Position numbers and translations under genes: made by a program. DNA of 64,000 nucleotides from Fidelibacterota bacterium. GTDB taxonomy: Bacteria > Fidelibacterota > Marinisomatia > Marinisomatales > Marinisomataceae. Location of the stretch: contig OZ243041.1 in the NCBI GenBank assembly GCA_965212055.1, forward strand, positions 320,001-384,000, written 5' to 3'. The notes under the pieces were generated by a model, which saw nothing but the letters and a program-made list of their open reading frames with translations, ran no database searches and was not told the DNA's origin. This document shows positions 18,247 to 27,918 of this stretch, piece by piece (within the stretch, counting starts at the first letter, position 1; each line of letters opens with the position of its first letter).

Positions 18247-19847
18247 TGCTGAGTTATCTTAACATTAAAAATGCTAATTATATTAGAAATGCTTCTGTTG
18301 ATATGCTAATCGATAATGCAGTGGAATCAAATGAAGGAGTTATTGGTCATAATGGTGCATTGATGGTGGATACTGGAGAATTTTCTGGAAGAATTCCAAA
18401 AGATAAATTTATTGTTGAAGAAGATTTTTCATCCAATAATATATGGTGGGGAGATATTAATCACCCAATTTCAGAAGAAAATTTTAATCATTTATATAAT
18501 AAAGTAATTGAGACATACAATAATCTAGATAAAGATTTTTATGTTTTTGATGGGTTTGCAGGGGACGATAAAAAGAATAGCATCAATGTTAGAATGGTAA
18601 CAAAGAAAGCATGGCAATCATTGTTCGTGAATAATATGTTTATTAGACCAGAACAATCAGATTTAGAAGATTTTACACCTGATTTTACTATTATTAATGC
18701 ATTTGATGTCAAAGAGAAAGATTGGAAAGAATTTGGACTTAATTCAGAAAATTTTATTGTATTCAACCTGAAAAGAAAAATAGCAATTATAGGTGGTACA
18801 GAATATGCTGGTGAAATGAAAAAAGGGATTTTTTCTATTATGCACTATTATTTGCCGCTTAAGAATGTCTTATCTATGCATTGTTCTGCAAATGTTTCAA
18901 AAGATTTAACTGAATCAGCATTATTTTTTGGTTTATCCGGTACAGGGAAAACAACCTTAAGTACTAACGCAAACCGTCCATTAATTGGTGATGATGAACA
19001 TGGTTGGTCTGATGATGGAATCTTTAATTTTGAAGGAGGTTGTTATGCAAAAGCAATCAATTTGGATAAAGAAAAAGAACCAGAAATCTATAATGCTATT
19101 AGACATGGATCATTGTTAGAAAATGTTGTGTATGATTTAGAAACAAAGGAAGTTGATTTTGACAATAATGCTAAGAGTGAAAATTCCAGAATTTGTTATC
19201 CAATTAATTTTATAGAAAATTCTTTAGGATCAAAAGGTTTACCAAGTGCAGGACCACATCCTAATGCCGTGATATTTTTAACTTGCGATGCCTATGGTAT
19301 TATGCCACCAGTCGCTAGACTTGATGCACATCAAGCAATGTATCACTTTATAAGTGGATATACAGCTAAAATGGCAGGAACTGAGACAGGGGTAGTTGAT
19401 CCCGTAGCAGCTTTCTCACCATGTTATGGTGGTCCATTTTTAACTCTACACCCATTGGTGTATGCAAAATTATTGCAAGAAAAATTAGCAAAGCATCAAG
19501 CTCCAATATATTTAGTTAATACCGGCTGGTCTGGATCAAGTGCAATTTCAGGTTCCAAGAGAATTGATTTGAATCTCACAAAGCATATTATTGATTTAAT
19601 TACAGATGGCAAGTTAAACTTTAGCGATTCGGCAAGAGACAAATTCTTTAATCTTGATATTCCTTTGAATTTAGAAGGATTAGATAATGATTTCTTAGTA
19701 CCTGATAGAGGTTGGGATAACTTAGATGAATATTATAAGACTGGTAATATGCTTACTGAATTATTTAATGAAAATTTTAAAAAGTTTGATATCTCAGATT
19801 CTGATATTTTAAATGCGGGTCCAAAAATTCAATCAGGAGGAATATAA
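18246..19847 (+). CDS. pckA: Phosphoenolpyruvate carboxykinase (ATP)
   Basis: YAGEMKKGIFS, MHCSAN, FFGLSGTGKTTLS, IGDDEHGW, FNFEGGCYAK. Confidence 0.97.
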   Translation: MLSYLNIKNANYIRNASVDMLIDNAVESNEGVIGHNGALMVDTGEFSGRIPKDKFIVEEDFSSNNIWWGDINHPISEENFNHLYNKVIETYNNLDKDFYVFDGFAGDDKKNSINVRMVTKKAWQSLFVNNMFIRPEQSDLEDFTPDFTIINAFDVKEKDWKEFGLNSENFIVFNLKRKIAIIGGTEYAGEMKKGIFSIMHYYLPLKNVLSMHCSANVSKDLTESALFFGLSGTGKTTLSTNANRPLIGDDEHGWSDDGIFNFEGGCYAKAINLDKEKEPEIYNAIRHGSLLENVVYDLETKEVDFDNNAKSENSRICYPINFIENSLGSKGLPSAGPHPNAVIFLTCDAYGIMPPVARLDAHQAMYHFISGYTAKMAGTETGVVDPVAAFSPCYGGPFLTLHPLVYAKLLQEKLAKHQAPIYLVNTGWSGSSAISGSKRIDLNLTKHIIDLITDGKLNFSDSARDKFFNLDIPLNLEGLDNDFLVPDRGWDNLDEYYKTGNMLTELFNENFKKFDISDSDILNAGPKIQSGGI

Positions 19848-19849
19848 AT

Positions 19850-20335
19850 ATGGCAACTTTGATTTTGCGAGATACACATCGCGTATTGGAAGAGGAAATA
19901 AAATCTCTTAATAAAGAGAAGAGAGAGACTTCAGTAAGAATTAGAGAAGCAGCTGATCAAGGAGATCTTAAGGAAAATGCGGAATACCACGCTGCTAGGG
20001 AGCATCAGAGTTTACTAGTATATAAAATACAATCGATGCAGTCCCATGCGCCATTCAAGATTATCGGGAATAGTGAAATTACAACTGATGAAGTAGGATT
20101 TGGCAATAAGGTTACAATCCATGAAGAAGGCAAAGATGAGGCCGAAGACTATTACCTATTAGGTCCTATCGAATCTGAGTTAGATATTTATCCATTGATT
20201 GTAACTTACAAAACACCTTTTGCCCAAGCTATGATTGGGAAAAAGATTGGTGAAAATTTTACACTTGAAATACAGGGTAAAGAGATAAAATTTACAATCA
20301 CTGCAATTGAAAAGATTTCTGCAGACGAGATGTAG
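19850..20335 (+). CDS. greA: Transcription elongation factor GreA/GreB family
   Basis: AADQGDLKENAEYHAARE coiled-coil tip; TPFAQAMIGKKIGE. Confidence 0.88.
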   Translation: MATLILRDTHRVLEEEIKSLNKEKRETSVRIREAADQGDLKENAEYHAAREHQSLLVYKIQSMQSHAPFKIIGNSEITTDEVGFGNKVTIHEEGKDEAEDYYLLGPIESELDIYPLIVTYKTPFAQAMIGKKIGENFTLEIQGKEIKFTITAIEKISADEM

Positions 20336-20351
20336 TATTTGAAGATTAATA

Positions 20352-21305
20352 ATGGTTATTCTTAATAAAGAACAAATCAATAAATTGGTTACTATGAATG
20401 AAGCCATTGTAGCAATGAAAACTGCTTTCGTTCAATTAAGCAACAAAGAAGCAATAGTCCCAGAACGATTGAGCACAGATATTCCAGGTAACAATGCCAC
20501 ATCATTGGTGATGCCGGCTTATTCGTTGGATAGTCCATATTATGTAGTAAAAATAGTGTCGGTAAATTATTCAAATCCTCAAAAAGGATTACCATTAATT
20601 CATTCATCAGTTCAGGTTTTTGATGTTTCTAAAGGGAATATAGTAGCAACTCTGGATGGAGAGTCCATTACTGCCATCCGGACTGGTGCAGCATCCGGTT
20701 TGGCAACTGATATATTGGCAAAAAAAGATGCAAAAGTCGGTGCAATTTTTGGTACAGGTATCCAAGCAAAATCACAAGTTGAAGCCCTTTCGGTTGTGAA
20801 AAATCTGGAAAAGATTTTGGTTTTCAGTCGCACTAAGGAATCAGCTGAATCATTTTGCAATTTCATTTATGATAAATTTGGTATTAAAGCCAATATTGGA
20901 GAAAAAGATTTATTAAAAGAAGCAGATGTCATCTGTACGGCTACACCATCAGAAAAACCTTTATTTAACCATCAGGATCTTAATCCGGGAGTTCATATTA
21001 ATGCCATTGGTTCTTTTAAGCCTCATATGCAAGAAATTGGCATTGAAACAGTTATTAATTCAAAAGTAATCGTGGACAATAGAGAAACATGCAAGGTAGA
21101 AGCTGGTGATCTTATTATTCCAGCAGAAGAAGGGAAATGGTCTTTTAATTTGATTCATGGTGAATTGGGACAAGTTGTTTTGGGAGAAATCCCTGGAAGA
21201 GATACGGATGATGAGATTACATTATTTAAATCTGTGGGAAATGCTATTCAAGATTTAGCGTTAGCAAACCTGATTATGAAAAAAATAAATCATGATAGCA
21301 ATTAA
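20352..21305 (+). CDS. Ornithine cyclodeaminase/mu-crystallin family, probable delta1-pyrroline-2-carboxylate reductase
   Basis: ITAIRTGAASG, GTGIQA, HINAIGS, LFKSVGNAIQD; overlaps a proline-racemase-family gene. Confidence 0.85.
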   Translation: MVILNKEQINKLVTMNEAIVAMKTAFVQLSNKEAIVPERLSTDIPGNNATSLVMPAYSLDSPYYVVKIVSVNYSNPQKGLPLIHSSVQVFDVSKGNIVATLDGESITAIRTGAASGLATDILAKKDAKVGAIFGTGIQAKSQVEALSVVKNLEKILVFSRTKESAESFCNFIYDKFGIKANIGEKDLLKEADVICTATPSEKPLFNHQDLNPGVHINAIGSFKPHMQEIGIETVINSKVIVDNRETCKVEAGDLIIPAEEGKWSFNLIHGELGQVVLGEIPGRDTDDEITLFKSVGNAIQDLALANLIMKKINHDSN

Positions 21306-22335
21306 TAAACTTAAGAATTGGAATCCGCCTGATGGATGGATAGAGATTCAAACTATTGATTCGCATACAGAGGGGGAACCACTCCGAATTATTTTATCTG
21401 GGTACCCAGCATTGAAAGGTAAAACACTTCTGGAAAAAAGAACCAATGCACATCGCCTTCATGATGAGTTACGAAAAACACTTATCTGGGAACCACGAGG
21501 GCATAGGGATATGTATGGTGCTATCATCGTTGAGCCGGACACACCCGATGCAGATTTTGGTGTAATTTTTATTCATAATGAAGGATACTCCACAGGTTGT
21601 GGTCATGCCGTCATTGCATTGACAAAAGTTTTTGTGGAAACAGGATTAATTCCCATGAACGAACCAGAAACAGAAGTCAAAATGGACGTGCCATCTGGAT
21701 TCATTAAATCTTACGCAAAAGTTAAAAATGGACAGGTAACTGGAGTACGGTTTGAAAATGTCCCGTCTTTTGTTCAATCACTTGATACAAAAATTGATGT
21801 TCCAGGAATTGGAGAAATTAATTATGATCTTGCTTTCGGTGGTGCATTTTATGCATTTGTAGATGTTGCACAACTTGGTTTGGATTGCACATCGAAGTAC
21901 CAAAATCAGTTGATTGAGACTGGAATAAAAATAAAACATGCGGTCATGGATTCGGTTAAGATGGTTCATCCTTTAGAGCCTGATATGAATTTTCTTTATG
22001 GAACGATTTTTACTGGAGTATCGAAAAATCCAAATCATCACAGTCGAAATGTCTGTATTTTTGCGGAAGGAGAAGTAGATCGAAGTCCTACAGGAACTGG
22101 TGTCAGTGCTAGGGCAGCCATCCTCCATGCCAAAGACGAGATTAAGCTTGGCGAATCTATTATAATTGAAAGTATTATTGGTTCAACATTCTCGGTAAAA
22201 GTGGTTGAAACAACAACTTTCGGAAATTATGATGCTGTGATACCTGAAGTGAGCGGCAATGCTTACATAACTGGGAAAAATACATTTTGGATTAACCCAG
22301 AAGACCCATTAAAAAATGGATTTATTCTAAGATAA
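21292..22335 (+). CDS. Proline racemase family, probable trans-3-hydroxy-L-proline dehydratase
   Basis: HTEGEPLR, EPRGH, STGCGH (Cys) and DRSPTGTG (Thr instead of the second Cys). Confidence 0.85.
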   Translation: MIAINKLKNWNPPDGWIEIQTIDSHTEGEPLRIILSGYPALKGKTLLEKRTNAHRLHDELRKTLIWEPRGHRDMYGAIIVEPDTPDADFGVIFIHNEGYSTGCGHAVIALTKVFVETGLIPMNEPETEVKMDVPSGFIKSYAKVKNGQVTGVRFENVPSFVQSLDTKIDVPGIGEINYDLAFGGAFYAFVDVAQLGLDCTSKYQNQLIETGIKIKHAVMDSVKMVHPLEPDMNFLYGTIFTGVSKNPNHHSRNVCIFAEGEVDRSPTGTGVSARAAILHAKDEIKLGESIIIESIIGSTFSVKVVETTTFGNYDAVIPEVSGNAYITGKNTFWINPEDPLKNGFILR

Positions 22336-22345
22336 AGAGAGGTAA

Positions 22346-22764
22346 TACATCAATGATGCACTTAATCTTGCCAAGACACCTGTATTAATAGCCATGTTTG
22401 TCACACCAATTCGTTTTTTCCTTGAGCTGGCTGGATTACCCGAGAATGTTATTTTCATTATTGGACTACTCTGGCTTACTTTGGCATTTTCCGTTTACTG
22501 GGGAATAAAATTGTATAACGAAAAGCAACCATACCTACTACTCCTTTTAAGTTTAATTATATTTTCACCCGTTTCGAGATTTCCAGTTGTTGTTGTTTGG
22601 TGGATTGATACTAAATGGTCAATAGGAACTCATTATGGTCTTTATTTTGATAATTTACAGGCACTTTTAAATCACGTAGTTTACGGAATCGTTCAAATCA
22701 TCCCTGGGTTTTTATTTCAATAATGCTTGCTATTATGCGGTACAGAAAATCTGTAACGAAGTAA
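22346..22764 (+). pseudogene. Small membrane protein with damaged start and a C-terminal frameshift
   Basis: RBS AGAGGT near 22338-22343 is not followed by an in-frame ATG although the frame is open from 22346 (INDALNLAKTPVLIAM...); the ORF stops at 22723 but another frame continues SIMLAIMRYRKSVTK to TAA at 22764. Confidence 0.5.
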
Positions 22765-22784
22765 CAATACTAAGAAGAAAAAGC

Positions 22785-23716
22785 TCATAACCCGATTGGA
22801 GCTTTATTGGTTCTAATGGGTTGAAAGACATTTTTTCCTTCAAATAATTTTGTTCCATTAACATAGCTATAATATTTTCTGCACTCGCAGGATAGATATT
22901 CAATATCAATAGGTTGAAATGCTCGTTTAGCCTCTGGCCAATATTCTTTTATTAGCAGGTAGTATCATTTTTATTTCATTCTTTTTGTAATGCAATCATT
23001 CGATCACATGTTTGTTGATGATTATTTAGGCCAAAATGTGTTTGAAGTCGATCTAGATAAGCCACAGCACCAATTCCTGTTGGAACATGGCTTGTTGGAT
23101 GGATAATATCTGGTCTAAACCAAGCCAAATCAATAACAGCCATAAAAATAGGAAAATCATTTTGCATTTTAAAAAGAGCATTAACCGAATTAGTAGCTTT
23201 GATTACATCTCCTTTAGCTTCTATGATAATTTTGGCTAACGATTCTTTAATATTTCCAAATAATGTTGTGGCTGCATCTAATCGTGAATATTCTGTCTCC
23301 TCCCAATGTATTGGTTCAACAGGATAAGCGGTAAGATTACACCAATGATCAAAAGAATTTAGTGTTTTAAGTAACGTTTCTGGTTGTAGCAACATATCTG
23401 AAGATAGTTCATCTAATGTTTCTTGTCTGTTACACCAACGACCAAAAAATAAAGCATGAATTAACATCGGTAAATCTTTTCCTAAGTCTTTAGCAAAGGA
23501 TAGAATAGCTTTGCTACCACGATCATCTTCTCGAAAGACATTTAAGAAGCGACCTTGTTGGAAAATAGGGTCATCTGTCCATGGAGAGGGAGCACCACTT
23601 TTCCTTGCTAGCCGAATTTTTTCTCGTTCACGGCAAAAATCAAAAAAAGCAGATACAGGATCGTTTAATATTAATCCATCAAGTGCTGTAGCGTAAGGAT
23701 TGTTCAATTTATTCAT
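22785..23716 (-). pseudogene. DNA base hypermodification protein, aGPT-Pplase1 / 5-hmdU DNA kinase helical domain family, interrupted by a 35-bp insertion
   Basis: N-terminal EREKIRLARKSGAPSPWTDDPIFQQGRFLNVFREDD; removing the insertion restores ...LQKE-YWPEAKRAFQPIDIEYLSCECRKY... ending at TGA 22785 (about 298 aa). Confidence 0.75.
22943..22985. repeat. 8-bp direct repeat (ATTCTTTT) bracketing a 35-bp insertion
   Basis: ATTCTTTT at 22943-22950 and 22978-22985. Confidence 0.85.
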
Positions 23717-23720
23717 TACC

Positions 23721-24815
23721 CTATTTTCTTGCGTTAAGCATTAACCATGTTCCAATGATAATAAAAATTATATTGGAAAACCATGCAGCTAAGAAAGGAG
23801 ATAATGATCCAGCATATCCAAGAGATTGTCCAAACTTCAATAGTACTATGTAAGCGAAGATTGTTGCTAAACTTAATCCGCCACCAAATGCTAACGTAGT
23901 GTTGGATCTAAATACCGATAAAGGGATACCACAAAAAATAATAATAAGACTTATAAAGGAATATGCAATTTTATAGTGTAGATCTACCTCCCATTTTACA
24001 GTATTTACCCCATTATTTTTTAAGGTAACAATTTGATTTTTCAGTTGATTGTACGATACTTCTTCAGACGAATTTCCAGTCTGATTAATATCTTCAGGAG
24101 TGAAATTTAAGTTTAATAATGAATCTTGTTTTGAGGTTGCTATCATTCTTTCAGAACCAGAATTATCAAATTCTCTAATTGAATAATCTTGAATTTTCCA
24201 TTTTTCTTCTAATGGTTTCCAAGTGCTTTTTTTTGAATCTATTCTTCTTATCATTTTTCCATCACTAAGTTCAATAAAATTAAGATTTACTATTGTTTGA
24301 TTAATATCGTTGTATTCTTCAACAGCAATTAAATAGTTCTGGTTTTTTTGGAGATAAACATTTTCATAGATTGATTTATCTTTTGCTTTGTTTCGATTTT
24401 TTTTAAGATGATTGTCTTTTATCTCATTTTTTATTTTATTGTTTTTTATTACGATATTATTCTCAAAATAAAATGATCCTATACTCATAAATAATCCCAC
24501 AAATAGTATAGGAAGTGCAAGCCTATATAGACTAAGCCCTGATGATTTAAAGACTAACCATTCTTTTCTTTGTACCATCATGCCATAGGTAAATACTGAT
24601 GCAACCAGACAGGTTACAGGAATAGTAACACTAATCATTTCTGGGAGCGATGCAACATAATAGTCAATAAGAATATCGTTTGTTACCTCGTTATCTATAA
24701 ACCTATTGAGATTTTCGAAAATATCTACAATAAACGATACAAGAACAAAAAATATTGATACAAATAAGAATATTATTGAGAATTCTCTTAAAATATAATA
24801 ATCAATTTTTTTCAT
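23721..24815 (-). CDS. lptG: LPS export ABC transporter permease LptF/LptG family
   Basis: KKIDYYILREF N-terminus, EWLVFKSSGLSLYRL, periplasmic domain, LSPFLAAWFSN. Confidence 0.88.
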   Translation of the reverse strand: MKKIDYYILREFSIIFLFVSIFFVLVSFIVDIFENLNRFIDNEVTNDILIDYYVASLPEMISVTIPVTCLVASVFTYGMMVQRKEWLVFKSSGLSLYRLALPILFVGLFMSIGSFYFENNIVIKNNKIKNEIKDNHLKKNRNKAKDKSIYENVYLQKNQNYLIAVEEYNDINQTIVNLNFIELSDGKMIRRIDSKKSTWKPLEEKWKIQDYSIREFDNSGSERMIATSKQDSLLNLNFTPEDINQTGNSSEEVSYNQLKNQIVTLKNNGVNTVKWEVDLHYKIAYSFISLIIIFCGIPLSVFRSNTTLAFGGGLSLATIFAYIVLLKFGQSLGYAGSLSPFLAAWFSNIIFIIIGTWLMLNARK

Positions 24816-24834
24816 TATATTCTTAACTTACTTA

Positions 24835-26223
24835 ATGATGGATTTAATTAACAATTTTTTTACACAATTTTCTAATTATATTTGGAATGTCGTTTCTATT
24901 CTTGTTATTGGTGGCGGTATAATATTTTTTACATACTTAATAGAATCTGATATTTTTTCTAGGCTGAATCCAATTCAGTATTTTAAACATGCCTTTAATG
25001 TGCTTTCTGGTAAATATGACACTCCCGATGAGAAGGGTCAAATTAGCCACTTCCAAGCTTTGTCTACGGCTCTATCAAGTACAGTCGGTATAGGTAATAT
25101 CGCAGGAGTTGCTATTGCTATATCAATGGGAGGGCCTGGAGCATTATTTTGGATGTGGGTTAGCGCTATAGTTGGTATGGCAACGAAATTCTTTACTTGT
25201 TCTCTTGGAATTATGTTTAGAGGCTATGACTCTGCAAATGAATTGCAAGGGGGTCCTATGTATGTCATAGAACAAGGAATGGGAAAGAAATTTAAATTTT
25301 TATCTTATTGGTTTAGTGGTGCTGGTCTTATCGGATGTTTATCTTTACTACAGGTTAATCAGTTGACGCAGATTATTTCAAATGATATTATATCAAACGA
25401 CAATAATGTTCCCTATATAAAACTAATAATTGGAATTATCGTTGCTATAATAGTTTCATTTGTAATTTTTGGTGGTTTGAAACGTATTGCTGATGTGGCA
25501 TCTAAATTAGTACCATTTATGGTATTTATCTATCTGTTGTGTGGGATATCTATCATTATGATTAACATTGATTCTATTCCATCAGTATTTAGTCTAATTT
25601 TTAATGGAGCTTTTAACGAAAGCTCTATTTACGGAGGTGTTGCGGGTATTATGGTTATAGGTTTTCAAAGAGCGGCATTTTCAAATGAAGCTGGAATGGG
25701 AACAGAAGTTATGGCTATTGGCGCATCAAGAACAAATGAGCCTATTCGATCAGGTTTTGTTGCAATGCTTGGTCCATTTATTGATACAATCCTTGTTTGT
25801 TCTGTTACTGGTATTGTTATTTTGCTTTCAAATGACTGGTCTGTATCTACTTTAGATGGTAGCACTCTAAAAGGAGCAGTTTTAACTCAAACAGCTTTTT
25901 CTAATCACCTAGGTATGGTTGGACATTATATCTTGCTTTTTTCAGTTATAACATTTGCTTTATCAACTATGTTTGGTTATTCGTACTATGGCTGTAAATG
26001 TGCATCTTACTTGTTTGGAACAGGTTCAAAGGTATACTATAGAATATTTTATGTTCTTACATTGGTAGCTGGAGCCGTACTTCCTTTAGAATTAGCCGTT
26101 GCTATTGTTGATTCAATGTTTGCTTTGATGGCGATTCCAACAATGATTTCTGCCCTTTATTTATCAGGCCATGTTGAAAAAGAATTTCGTAGGTATTTTT
26201 CACAATTAGAGAAGACAAAATAA
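24835..26223 (+). CDS. Alanine/glycine:cation symporter (AGCS)
   Basis: ISHFQALSTALSSTVGIGNIAGV, GGPGALFWMW, GGPMY, FSNEAGMG. Confidence 0.95.
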   Translation: MMDLINNFFTQFSNYIWNVVSILVIGGGIIFFTYLIESDIFSRLNPIQYFKHAFNVLSGKYDTPDEKGQISHFQALSTALSSTVGIGNIAGVAIAISMGGPGALFWMWVSAIVGMATKFFTCSLGIMFRGYDSANELQGGPMYVIEQGMGKKFKFLSYWFSGAGLIGCLSLLQVNQLTQIISNDIISNDNNVPYIKLIIGIIVAIIVSFVIFGGLKRIADVASKLVPFMVFIYLLCGISIIMINIDSIPSVFSLIFNGAFNESSIYGGVAGIMVIGFQRAAFSNEAGMGTEVMAIGASRTNEPIRSGFVAMLGPFIDTILVCSVTGIVILLSNDWSVSTLDGSTLKGAVLTQTAFSNHLGMVGHYILLFSVITFALSTMFGYSYYGCKCASYLFGTGSKVYYRIFYVLTLVAGAVLPLELAVAIVDSMFALMAIPTMISALYLSGHVEKEFRRYFSQLEKTK

Positions 26224-26225
26224 GT

Positions 26226-26966
26226 ATGGAAAGAATCTATATTTTTGATGTGGATGGTACTCTAACACCTTCAAGAAGAGCAATGACAGAAGATTTTGAA
26301 GTATTTTTTTCAAAATGGGCTAAAGAGAATACTTTTTATCTTGTTAGCGGTAGTAATCTAGAAAAAATAAAGGAACAACTTTCCAATGATATATTAGATC
26401 TTGCAGCAGGAGTGTTTTCTTGTGGTGGAAATCAGTTATTTATCAATGATACTCAAAAATATAATCGTGAGTTTAAACCACCAGAAGATTTACTTAATTT
26501 CCTACAAGAAAAATTAAAAAATACCAATTATACTACTAAAACAGGGAACCATATTGAAGATAGAGGTTCAATGCTCAATTTTAGTATAGTGGGAAGAGAT
26601 TGTTCTTTGGAACAACGACAAGATTATTTTGAATATGATAATAATGTTGGTGAAAGATCTTCTATTGCAGAAGAAATTAATGCAACATGGAAAGATATTG
26701 AAGCTGTTATTGGAGGACAAATATCAATTGATATTACACCAAAAGGAATGAATAAATCTCAAGTATTAAGCGAAGTAAAAAAAGATTTTCCTACCAGTCA
26801 ATATATTTTTATAGGAGATAGAACAATGGAAGGTGGTAATGATTATCCATTGGCATATATCATGAATAAAACAGATAATTGTAGTGTGCATCAAGCAGGG
26901 ACACCTTCTGCAGAAGATGGCTATAAACATACTAAAAAAATACTAGAAGCACTTAGTGAAGATTAA
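26226..26966 (+). CDS. Eukaryote-type phosphomannomutase-like HAD IIB protein
   Basis: FDVDGTLTPSR, IEDRGSMLNFSIVGR, IGGQISIDI, FIGDRTMEGGNDYP match PMM/Sec53-type motifs. Confidence 0.8.
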   Translation: MERIYIFDVDGTLTPSRRAMTEDFEVFFSKWAKENTFYLVSGSNLEKIKEQLSNDILDLAAGVFSCGGNQLFINDTQKYNREFKPPEDLLNFLQEKLKNTNYTTKTGNHIEDRGSMLNFSIVGRDCSLEQRQDYFEYDNNVGERSSIAEEINATWKDIEAVIGGQISIDITPKGMNKSQVLSEVKKDFPTSQYIFIGDRTMEGGNDYPLAYIMNKTDNCSVHQAGTPSAEDGYKHTKKILEALSED

Positions 26967-27915
26967 AAGTATAGAAGAATATAAAAGACATTTTCTTGAA
27001 GAATGGAATAAGCTTCAAGATTTGAAAGATCCATCCTATATCTATGATCCCATTAAGCATATTATACAGTCTGAAGGAAAACGATTAAGACCGATTATCG
27101 TGCAATTTTTGGGAGATATTTTTGAGAACGATTCTAATGATACTATAAATGCTGCTATGGGGGTAGAATTGTTACATAATTTTACACTAGTCCATGATGA
27201 TATAATGGATGAAGATGCTCTAAGGCATAATGTTACTACAATTCACGAAAAATGGGATAATGCCCATGCAATATTGTCTGGAGATGCGTTGGGAGCATTA
27301 GGACCTATCTATATTGGTAAAATCAAGACAAATACTTTAGACGTTCTTGTTAGATATAATGAAGTTATCTTGGAGGTTTGTGAAGGACAAGCGTATGATA
27401 TGGAATTTGAGAATAGAAATGCCTTAGTAAATGATTATCTGTTAATGAGTAAAAAGAAAACGGGGTCTTTATTTTCTTTATGTTTTGAAATTCCAGCATT
27501 AATGAGTGAAATATTCCTAGAGCATAGACAGTCTCTCAAAGAATTAGGTGAAAATCTAGGAATAATCTTTCAAATGCAGGATGATATCTTAGAAATGTTG
27601 ACATCAGAAGAAAATATGGGAAAAGGAACCAGTTCTGATATTGAAAGAAGAAAAAAAACAGTTCTATCAAGCATAGCGTTTGAATATGATAAAGAAAATT
27701 GGGAAAAATTACAAAATCAAATAAAATCAATAGACATTGTTGAAAAAAAACAAGTTTTAGGAGATTATTTCAAAGAAAGTGGTGTTTTAAATAAAGCAAA
27801 TGATTTGCTGAGTAGTTATGAGAAAAAATGTAGAGAAGTTGTAAATTCTCTACCGAAAGACATTCAAAATGATGTTGGAGTACTTTTAAATTTGATAATT
27901 AAGCGACATAAATGA
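26956..27915 (+). CDS. Short-chain polyprenyl diphosphate synthase (GGPP synthase-like)
   Basis: GKRLRP, HNFTLVHDDIMD (aromatic residue five positions before FARM), GQAYD, FQMQDD. Confidence 0.9.
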   Translation: MKIKSIEEYKRHFLEEWNKLQDLKDPSYIYDPIKHIIQSEGKRLRPIIVQFLGDIFENDSNDTINAAMGVELLHNFTLVHDDIMDEDALRHNVTTIHEKWDNAHAILSGDALGALGPIYIGKIKTNTLDVLVRYNEVILEVCEGQAYDMEFENRNALVNDYLLMSKKKTGSLFSLCFEIPALMSEIFLEHRQSLKELGENLGIIFQMQDDILEMLTSEENMGKGTSSDIERRKKTVLSSIAFEYDKENWEKLQNQIKSIDIVEKKQVLGDYFKESGVLNKANDLLSSYEKKCREVVNSLPKDIQNDVGVLLNLIIKRHK

Positions 27916-27918
27916 TTG

